From Octopus bimaculoides (Eukaryota), in contig NC_068996.1 in NCBI RefSeq assembly GCF_001194135.2, positions 5,200,627 through 5,233,793 of the forward strand: a stretch of 33,167 bases of DNA, in the 5' to 3' direction. The position numbers were made by a program, and so were the translations under genes. Numbering within the stretch: the first letter of the stretch is position 1; each line of letters begins with the position of its first letter. The notes below the pieces were generated by a model, which was not told the origin of the DNA, searched no databases, and was given only the letters and a program-made list of their open reading frames with translations. Of the stretch, positions 23,400-33,167 are shown piece by piece.

Positions 23400-23932
23400 T
23401 ATATATATGTATATACATATGTTTATGCTTATGTATATATATGCATACATGCATATGTGTATATACATAGCGATGAATGTATATATGCATATATGTGTAC
23501 GTATGTATATGTGTCTACACACACATACACACATACACACACACACACACATGGTAGTACAATGAGACACGGTGGCTGGGAGGGGGACCGAGGAGAGAGA
23601 CATGAGAGATGTACAAAAGTACAAAAGATACTTCAGAGTACGGAAATATATGTGTACGTGGATAAACATGCGCGATCATGTGTTCTACTTCTGTATTTGC
23701 ATTCTGTATTTGTGTGTGTGCGTTCATTCATTCGCGCGCGCGTTTCTACATGTGTGTGTTTGTTGGTGTATGTGTGCACGCGTATGTCTGTTTGTGTTTG
23801 CATGTGTGTTAACTAGGCTACCGATTTATGTAATTATATATATATATACTCTTTACACGTTGTTCAAATATTAGCATAACATTATATAGTTGTATTTCAA
23901 TTAGAACTTCTATGGTTAAATGACCACTTAAT

Positions 23933-23938
23933 TTTATT
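23933..23938 (-). promoter_or_regulatory. Candidate polyadenylation signal (AATAAA) of the olfactomedin gene
   Basis: TTTATT on the plus strand, about 300 nt downstream of the stop codon. The context is AT-rich, so a chance match is possible. Confidence 0.35.
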
Positions 23939-24237
23939 AGCTAATAACCAATGATAGATTCTTAAAAACTGGATTCTTTGGGGGTTTTTTTTGTCTTTGC
24001 TCATTTTGTTTTTGTTTTGCTTTTCTTGTTTTTTCTTGGGTATTTTTTTTTTTTTTGTATACCAGGTTAATATTGAAAATATCTTCTTTATCTCAAGCCT
24101 TGTGTATTATTTATATATGCATTTGATTATTCCGTGTAACGACGCCAAAAACAAAATTAGGCTTAAAGATAAAAAGCATAAAGAAATACATAATCTTCTA
24201 TATATGATGTATGTTTTGCAAACATAACGAGTAGAGA

Positions 24238-25037
24238 TTATTCCTTAGTTTTAAATAATACCGGATAAGTTTCCACGTGACCGAAGTTATTCCAGACGTG
24301 TAGAACTTTCTGTAAGGCGTTATAATCCATCATTGCCACATTCACCCTAACGTCGTGGTTCACAATTGGAAGGATCATATCTTTAGCGCCTAACACACTA
24401 TCGATTCCTGTTCGGGTGTCATATTTATAACGAACAAATGCGTGTGAAGACGGTGGTGCTTCGACTCCGTATAAGACCCCGCATACTATAAACGAATTCA
24501 AGAGTAATTTCTTTGGAAAGTTTGTTAACCATACCTCTTCTAAGATCATAGTATTTTCGTTTAGTTTGCTAACAACCAGCTTGCCGTCAGCTTCGACAGT
24601 GGAGTACGTGACCCATAGACCAAACTCGTCGACAGCGAAATCGACATCACTCAATATGTTGTTTTGATAAGGGTATACGTTATGCACCCCAGCTCCTTCT
24701 AGCGGGTATTCGTCGATGAAAGCTGACCCACCGAGATCATAGCGAATCATTATATTTGTTTTCGCTTTCAAACAATAGAGCGCGTTTTTGTATACAACCT
24801 GACCGGTGCCTTCACAATAAAACGGTAGTTCATATGTTTTACTGACCAGTTCGTGAATGAAGGCTAATTCTGAATCGTACTCGACTAATGTATTGCTGCC
24901 TGAATGCCCATACATCAGCCAAGTTTTACCGTAGTTTTCAGGTATGACATCTCGCATTATGGCACCTTGTCTTACACCAACATTGATATCGTTTACCATT
25001 TGACCAATCCCAACAACTGTTTCAGCATTGCATTTAT
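24238..25037 (-). CDS. Olfactomedin-domain protein, last coding exon (whole OLF beta-propeller domain)
   Basis: The translation has the family motifs LPFYCEGTGQVVY, DVDFAVDEFGLWVTYST, NSFIVCGVLY and MMDYN...WNN.G...YPV, and ends at TAA 24238-24240. A pyrimidine tract plus CAG acceptor lies at 25038-25040 on the minus strand. The exon starts AT|AAA TGC (phase 1). The supplied ORF extension to 25284 is intronic. Confidence 0.95.
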
Positions 25038-26949
25038 CTGAAAGTTCAATGAAAAAAGAAGTTAGAAAAAAAAGATAGAATAAAATAAACGAAGTATATT
25101 TCATCACAAAACAATTAGAAAAACATTCAACAAAAGAAAGAAATGCAGATCTTTCTTGAATCACAATGAACCCTGCTAGTCGAATATTTAACTTTGATTT
25201 CCGTAGAGTTAACCAGATAAATATTAAATATTCCTTTGCATAAAACGTCAATCTGTTGCAGATAGTGGGTTTTTTTTTTATCATAAAGATTTTAAATCAT
25301 CAATTAGAAGTTTTCAAAGTTCTCGTTCGTTTCACAAAAGTGTGATACTATTTTACTCTACTTTACTGCGCATAGTGTCAATTCACAGTTCGTTGTATCT
25401 GCTGTACGTACTTCTTACAGTAACATGAACTGTACTGCCGAAAGTTAAGTTAGTGAAGGTGACTGAATATGAATTACTAAAAGCTCGGCTGTTCTTTATT
25501 TTATATCATTATTTTATTTGTTTGTTTGCATCCTACAGACGCGTGAATCGGCAGTCCTGTATATAGACCAGGGTTAAAGAGGAATTACTTTCCGGGGCTA
25601 AAATCACAGATTTATAGGTGAGAACAATTGGGAATACGAAAAGTGAGAGACCATGGGTTTCCAAGATACATTTCAAGATAAATGAACCACAGTCAGTCAA
25701 ACAAACCCTGTAAATGAGGATTGAACTTACAGTTTTCAGGACACTATACGTAACGAAATACCAAAAGGAAAATTGTCAAGAAATCAATGAAACATTCCCA
25801 GGTAGATTTTTGTCAGCGGTTGAACTAATTCGTAGTCCGATTTAACACCATAATCATCTAGCTCAGGGATTCTATACAGCGAATCCATAACTTTATAATA
25901 TTGGGACCAGGTGTCCCGTCTTAAATGACTCGATACATTGATATACTGCTTTCTTTATGTAGTACCACCATTCCTGAGAGGGCACTGATTGAAATGGTAC
26001 TCCAGGAGAGGCCAATTACCAGACACGACAAAGGGCTAAGACCCCTAAATAACACTTCGGGTGTTTGACCAATTTACAACTGACGTCCGAGTAGGTTATT
26101 TTTAGGGATCAGAGTAGTAGATTGCAATTCGCAGTGACCAAACAATTATACTTTCTCTGCCAGTTTCATATATACCAGATAATTTATGGCTATTTCACTT
26201 TGGTCAGTTGCCTCAGCCAAGTAAAAAAAGAAAAAAAACTGCCAAGAAGCATAGCGGATACTAACAGAAAATGAACGAAGTAATCCATTGACAAATTAAG
26301 TATTAAACTGCAGGTGTCAGATATTTGCACATGAAAGAAAAGTACTCGACTGCCAGATCTCATTTCAAATTGATGACATATGCTTGATTCCAGTTGTAGA
26401 CACAACGTGAGATTTATTTATCTATTTATTTATTTATTTATTTATCTATTAGCAAAACACTTAACTTTAATCTGGAAAGCTCTAAGACGTTTTTGAAAGT
26501 ACACCATCCTTATTAAGGGATGTTGCACTTTAACTAAGCATGCCTTAGATTAAACAGTGTTTGGAATAGGCAGCAGATCTTTGAGAGATATTACCTACAA
26601 TAGACTTCTATGATTAGTTTCGACAGATAACATATTACATTTGAAATGTAATTTTTATATCTTATTTAAATGACTGAATGTTACTAAATTTAGATCTCTG
26701 TGACAAATTCGCAGACGCTTCCGTTAGATATATGAATACATGCCTGCCGATATGAGGATTTATTGCTACTATAAAAATCTCTTCTTATTTTGTTAGTTGT
26801 ACATAATCCCACACAAATTAATCTACTCCAAACGCTAATCTGATTTACACCACTCGTCTTGGGTTTATTTGAGAGACAGATAGATAGACAAAGACAGAGA
26901 GACATAGAGAGAGGAACAGAGACAGACAAAGACAGGAACAGAAACAGAT

Positions 26950-28075
26950 ATATATATAAGAGAAAGAGAGGGCAAAGAGAGAGAGAGAGAGGGCAAAGCG
27001 AGAGAGAGAGAGAGGGCAAAGCGAGAGAGAGAGAGAGGGCAAAGCGAGAGAGAGAGAGAGGGCAAAGCGAGAGAGAGGGCAAAGCGAGAGAGNNNNNNNN
27101 NNNNNNNNNNNNNNNNNNNNNNNNNNNNNNNNNNNNNNNNNNNNNNNNNNNNNNNNNNNNNNNNNNNNNNNNNNNNNNNNNNNNNNNNNNNNNNNNNNNN
27201 NNNNNNNNNNNNNNNNNNNNNNNNNNNNNNNNNNNNNNNNNNNNNNNNNNNNNNNNNNNNNNNNNNNNNNNNNNNNNNNNNNNNNNNNNNNNNNNNNNNN
27301 NNNNNNNNNNNNNNNNNNNNNNNNNNNNNNNNNNNNNNNNNNNNNNNNNNNNNNNNNNNNNNNNNNNNNNNNNNNNNNNNNNNNNNNNNNNNNNNNNNNN
27401 NNNNNNNNNNNNNNNNNNNNNNNNNNNNNNNNNNNNNNNNNNNNNNNNNNNNNNNNNNNNNNNNNNNNNNNNNNNNNNNNNNNNNNNNNNNNNNNNNNNN
27501 NNNNNNNNNNNNNNNNNNNNNNNNNNNNNNNNNNNNNNNNNNNNNNNNNNNNNNNNNNNNNNNNNNNNNNNNNNNNNNNNNNNNNNNNNNNNNNNNNNNN
27601 NNNNNNNNNNNNNNNNNNNNNNNNNNNNNNNNNNNNNNNNNNNNNNNNNNNNNNNNNNNNNNNNNNNNNNNNNNNNNNNNNNNNNNNNNNNNNNNNNNNN
27701 NNNNNNNNNNNNNNNNNNNNNNNNNNNNNNNNNNNNNNNNNNNNNNNNNNNNNNNNNNNNNNNNNNNNNNNNNNNNNNNNNNNNNNNNNNNNNNNNNNNN
27801 NNNNNNNNNNNNNNNNNNNNNNNNNNNNNNNNNNNNNNNNNNNNNAAAGAGAGAGAGAGGGCAAAGAGAGAGAGAGGGCAAAGAGAGAGAGAGGGCAAGG
27901 AGTGAGAGAGAGGGCAAAGAGAGAGAGAGAGGGGCAATGAGAGAGAGAGGGCAAAGAGAGAGAGAGGGGGAAGAGAGAGAGAGAGGGCAAAGAGAGAGAG
28001 GGAGAGGGCAAAGAGAGAGAGAGAGGGCAAAGAGAGAGAGTGAGGGCAAAGAGAGAGAGAGGGAGAAAGAGAAAC
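26950..28075. repeat. Intronic GGGCAAA(GC)(GA)n minisatellite spanning N-gap 27093-27845
   Basis: The same variable-length unit is present on both sides of the gap. Confidence 0.9.
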
Positions 28076-28292
28076 AGACAGACAGACAGAAGCAGTACTT
28101 TATATTCCTTAATTCTGAGAACTATCAGTCTGAGGAACTGTCAATGTTCCAACGATTCTTTGCGATGTATTAACCTCCAGACTGTAAAAATTCTTAACTT
28201 CCACATTGTATCCATCTTTTCCTTTGAGGTAATATCCACCCTAAATGTGGTAGAGAGTTATTTTATTTATTTGGTTGAATTCAAATGCTTAC

Positions 28293-28640
28293 CTTGAAAT
28301 TTAATGTTAGCAGACGTTGGTTGATATCTCTCTTTACTAGAAGTCATATCATCTTTGATTGCTACAAGTGTTCTGCCCAAATATTGCACGCCTTTCTCCT
28401 GTTCCTCGGTGACAGTCAGAAGCTTATCTAAAACGATGCGCGTGAACTCCGACATTGATGTCAGTGTAGTGGTCAAATCAGTCAAAAGATGGTTCTGGAG
28501 AGTAAACTGTGAGGTAAGATAATGCTGTTGGTTTTGAAGATAGGACACGTACATTTCGTTACTTTCTGTCGGGAAAAACACCGCTCCGTTTTGTATCTCC
28601 ACAAGTTTTCTCAAGCGTCTTTTCAACCCTAGGTTGCCAT
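28293..28640 (-). CDS. Upstream coding exon of the same olfactomedin gene (probable coiled-coil/stalk region)
   Basis: 348-nt open exon with acceptor TTTTTCCAG|ATGGC and donor TTTCAAG|GTAAGC, phase 1 at both ends. The terminal G plus the AT of the next exon gives GAT, reading ...NIKFQ-D-KCNAE in frame across the 3255-nt intron 25038-28292. There is no in-frame ATG between the upstream stop and the acceptor, so at least one earlier exon is missing. Confidence 0.85.
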
Positions 28641-30827
28641 CTGGAAAAATAGAACCGCAGTCAGTGAAATATAAACGTCAATATGTGACCGCACAGTTAC
28701 ACGGATAAATGACAAAAGAAAAACGGACTCTCAGGAAGGGGCTATTCACAAGGGGAACAGGCTATTCAGACGATAAGCACTTAGTAGCTGAAAGCATCCA
28801 TTGTTGCAATCTATAATCGCTTGATGAAAGATCGAAATATCGACTTTTCTTTGATAACCTCAAGACGGTGGGCTGATGACTCAGCCTGCAATAAAACGGC
28901 ACACACGCATGCGTATGCACGTACTCATCAATCTTCTCTTCTCTTTTGAACCGGCCTTATATTCCTGTCACTATCCAAGTGGTTCTTCTGATCCTATTAA
29001 CTATTGCCCGACCAGCCACTAATTAGTCGACTATTTTATTTCATTACTTTATGGTTAGTTTTCTGACACATCAAGTGTAAAATACGCCGCTGTAAAAGTC
29101 AGACATACATAGACACAGTTGTCGTTATTGCTGTTGTTGTTGTTGTTGTTGTTGTTATTATTTTTGTTATTTTTGTTATTTTTGTTATTTATTATTGCTT
29201 TTTTTCTTTAGTGTTGTATTTGTTGTTGTTATTGTTGGAGAAGAGTGAGAGGGACAGGAAGGCATGTGTCGCGTTAGGTTAGAATGGTGTGAGGTAGTGT
29301 GAGGAGGAGTGAGTTTGGTGGTGGTGGTTTTGGCGGCGGCGGTGGTGGTTGTGTTGGTGTTGTTGTTATTGTTGTTGATGGTGGTGGTGGTGAAGGCGGC
29401 GGTGGCAGTGGTGGTTGTGACGGTGGTGGTGCCCGGTCATAGTTTCGTAGAAAAATCATTGAAAAGAAACTTTGAAAGGCGGGAATTTAATTATTTCAGA
29501 GAATGTCACCGATGAGTGTCGCTCGTTGATCAAGATAGCGATAATAACAGAGAGCTAGTTGACAATGGACATTCTAAGTCGCTGAAATCTCAAAGAAGAA
29601 GCGAGAAGGGAAAGAAAAGGAGAGAGGAATAAAGATAGATAGAGAGTAAGGGAGAGAGGGAGTAGGGAGAGAGAGAGAGAAAATCCAATAAAATTAAATA
29701 GACAAAACACCCTGAGAGTGCCTAGAACGGTAATACCCTCAGCTAGTGTCGATATTTCTGCAAGCTGATCTACAAGCTATTTTTTTCTCCTTTTTTTTTC
29801 CGCTCTTTTATTTTCTACATTTATATTTCTTTTTACAAAACAACTAAATTTAAACCCACCCCCACAAAAAAACATATAATAAACTAAATTCACAAATAAA
29901 TAATAAATAATAATAAATAATAATTGATAGAGTCACTGCAGTCGCTGGGGTGGAAAAGCAAGATAGAAATTATAGCTGACATGTTTCGCTTTTTTTCCCC
30001 TTCTTTCTATTTTTGTTTTTATTTTACTGTTTTCTTCTTATTCTTCCCTCTCTGTCCTATACAACGCCAGCATCTCCATTATAAAATACTTACGCCACAC
30101 CACTAACCCCTCCACCATCACTACTAACAATAACAACAATAACAGGAAGAAAGAAAAAAAAATTCTCTACCAAAATTGACACCAATGCCAACATCGCCTC
30201 CAATAAACGGTACCATCAACACAACGACACCAATATCTCCATCATAAAAGAGTTTCTGCCTCCAATAACATCACTACCGGTTTTTCAGCATCATGGTCAT
30301 CACCCTTATTGTCGCTAGCACCACCAAGATCAACAGCAACGCCAACACCGACGCCATCATCTCATCACCCAAATTATCAATACCAACACCAGCACCGTTC
30401 GTACTAGAAGCGTCGATACCGATATCTCCATCATAAAAGACTTGCAGAAGCGGCGTCGGTAGCGGCGGCAGTGGGCTGCACCTCTTGGAACGTCACCTCC
30501 GCTGGCACCATCGTCATTGTAACTAGCGCCAAGACTAATAACACCTACACCACCACCAACACCAATACGAATATTATCGACGCCACCGATGGCGCCGATA
30601 CCGCCCCTGTTACCAACGCATAACAATCTAACATCAAGCAATGTACGCCCATACTTGAGCACAACCATGCATTTACAGACATTTACATGCTTACAGACAC
30701 ACCATACATGTGTGCATGTAGGTCATATACACACGAAGATATGAATATATAAATATATCTATACACACACATACATACACGCATATATATATATATATAC
30801 ATATATATATTTATATATGTATGTATG

Positions 30828-30871
<44 letters not shown>

Positions 30872-31939
30872 NNNNNNNNNNNNNNNNNNNNNNNNNNNNN
30901 NNNNNNNNNNNNNNNNNNNNNNNNNNNNNNNNNNNNNNNNNNNNNNNNNNNNNNNNNNNNNNNNNNNNNNNNNNNNNNNNNNNNNNNNNNNNNNNNNNNN
31001 NNNNNNNNNNNNNNNNNNNNNNNNNNNNNNNNNNNNNNNNNNNNNNNNNNNNNNNNNNNNNNNNNNNNNNNNNNNNNNNNNNNNNNNNNNNNNNNNNNNN
31101 NNNNNNNNNNNNNNNNNNNNNNNNNNNNNNNNNNNNNNNNNNNNNNNNNNNNNNNNNNNNNNNNNNNNNNNNNNNNNNNNNNNNNNNNNNNNNNNNNNNN
31201 NNNNNNNNNNNNNNNNNNNNNNNNNNNNNNNNNNNNNNNNNNNNNNNNNNNNNNNNNNNNNNNNNNNNNNNNNNNNNNNNNNNNNNNNNNNNNNNNNNNN
31301 NNNNNNNNNNNNNNNNNNNNNNNNNNNNNNNNNNNNNNNNNNNNNNNNNNNNNNNNNNNNNNNNNNNNNNNNNNNNNNNNNNNNNNNNNNNNNNNNNNNN
31401 NNNNNNNNNNNNNNNNNNNNNNNNNNNNNNNNNNNNNNNNNNNNNNNNNNNNNNNNNNNNNNNNNNNNNNNNNNNNNNNNNNNNNNNNNNNNNNNNNNNN
31501 NNNNNNNNNNNNNNNNNNNNNNNNNNNNNNNNNNNNNNNNNNNNNNNNNNNNNNNNNNNNNNNNNNNNNNNNNNNNNNNNNNNNNNNNNNNNNNNNNNNN
31601 NNNNNNNNNNNNNNNNNNNNNNNNNNNNNNNNNNNNNNNNNNNNNNNNNNNNNNNNNNNNNNNNNNNNNNNNNNNNNNNNNNNNNNNNNNNNNNNNNNNN
31701 NNNNNNNNNNNNNNNNNNNNNNNNNNNNNNNNNNNNNNNNNNNNNNNNNNNNNNNNNNNNNNNNNNNNNNNNNNNNNNNNNNNNNNNNNNNNNNNNNNNN
31801 NNNNNNNNNNNNNNNNNNNNNNNNNNNNNNNNNNNNNNNNNNNNNNNNNNNNNNNNNNNNNNNAAAGAAATGGAGATAGAAAGAGTATTCCAGCATGGCC
31901 ACAGTCGAATGACTAAAACAAATGAAAAGGAGAAACACA

Positions 31940-31994
<55 letters not shown>

Positions 31995-32051
31995 ATACAA
32001 ACACAAACACACAAACACATATACATACATATAAACATGTGTAGTTATGTA

Positions 32052-32083
<32 letters not shown>

Positions 32084-32604
32084 CAGCATATATAAACCAT
32101 GTACCTGGAAGCACTTGCATATTTAGTCATTATATACACATCTTGTGTGAGTATGTATGTCCCTGTCTCTGTAGGAATGTATGTGTATACGCACACAAAT
32201 ACATGCATAAACAGATATATGTACACACATACGTAAATGCGTATGTACAAACACACATACCAATATATTCACACATATACATATATGTACAAATATGAGA
32301 ACGTGTGTGCGAATTTGTATTTATGTGCACGTATACATACATCTACGCACTTAAAGAGATACGTACGTGTGTACGGGTATGTGTATACATACAAAGGTAC
32401 GAACGTACAGATAGTCAGACAAACAGGCGTACTGACAGACAGACAATTTATCCAACTTTGCTGATCTTTTATAATATTTGGGGGTTTGAAACAAACAATG
32501 TAATGGTTAGAAAATTAAAACTCTACTAGCGATTCATCATTCGCCTACTCCATTGAAGTCGTAAAAACAATAAGGAAAAACAATTTATATATATNNNNNN
32601 NNNN

Positions 32605-32644
<40 letters not shown>

Positions 32645-33106
32645 GACACACACATGCATATATACATATAGATATGCATATAAATACATAGATAGGCAGA
32701 CCCCCTCGACACACAAACACTAATATATATACACAGGCATCATCATTTCCCCCACCACCACCACTACCTCTTACCATAGCCCCATCTAACGAATGGAAGC
32801 AGGAGGTTCTAAGCCAGATTTCTCGAGAAAAATCATAGAATACAAGAGAAAAATTGCCGAACGGGAATCAGTATTCTATAACTAATTGCTTAGTGAATCT
32901 CAATAATCGAAAGGTACCATTCGATAATGGTTTAAGTATATTGGTGTAGGCGTGTATATGTGTGTACTTAGGAAATATATAAGAGATCAGAAATGTGTAT
33001 CTATGTGTATCTATGCGTATATATATATGTATATATACAACTGTGTGTATATATTAATAATATGTAGATAGATAGATAAATAGATAGATAGATAGATAGA
33101 TAGAAT

Positions 33107-33155
<49 letters not shown>

Positions 33156-33167
33156 ATATATATATAT

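Noticed and set aside
25038-25284. N-terminal extension of the supplied 348-aa ORF (MIKKKPT...FFIELS), which looks hydrophobic like a signal or transmembrane segment
   Set aside because: It is the polypyrimidine tract and intron upstream of a clear CAG acceptor, and the phase matches the exon at 28293-28640.
26690-28049. ORFs of 350-450 aa
   Set aside because: They consist of the GA-rich minisatellite plus N-gap.
28128-28156. CTGAGGA hammerhead-like start
   Set aside because: No downstream GAAA and no supporting stems.
28871-28886. GGCTGATGACTCAGCC mini-hairpin containing an AP-1-like site
   Set aside because: A single short motif, expected by chance at this window size.
28690-28890. Candidate upstream exon after the minus-strand acceptor-like TTTTATTGCAG
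   Set aside because: All frames hit stops and I found no phase-1 donor or signal peptide. It might be a UTR exon but is unsupported.
30357-30668. Gly/Val-rich minus-strand ORF as a possible first exon of the olfactomedin gene
   Set aside because: It is the complement of decayed CAC/CAT repeats, with no N-terminal signal peptide and no compatible donor identified.
30759-32120. ORFs of 350-450 aa
   Set aside because: Mostly N-gap flanked by (TA)n and (CA)n.
32794-32886. Short plus-strand ORF MEAGGSKPDFSRKIIEYKRK...
   Set aside because: Only 30 codons, with no recognisable homology or splice support.

Overview
Eukaryotic (animal) draft-assembly DNA. It is AT-rich, dense in microsatellites, and has 11 N-gaps totalling about 4.6 kb. 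The microsatellite load and the SINE families point to a coleoid cephalopod, probably Octopus (inference). The only supported host gene is a minus-strand olfactomedin-domain gene. Two coding exons (28293-28640 and 24238-25037) splice in frame across a GT-AG intron, and the first coding exon was not found. The rest is transposon debris and simple repeats: three L1/Tx1-like LINE 3' fragments, a rearranged mariner, a non-autonomous Helitron with A|TC...CTAG|T ends, two foldback MITE-like elements, several tRNA-derived SINEs (two with clear target-site duplications) and a small dispersed repeat with a hammerhead-like motif. The most notable items are a complete type I hammerhead ribozyme core at 6903-6956, a mariner whose deleted N-terminal segment reappears inverted at its other end, and a tail-to-tail SINE pair inserted beside a 16-bp palindrome. 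Most ORFs in the supplied track are artefacts of microsatellites or N-gaps. No rRNA, tRNA or CRISPR features are supported.
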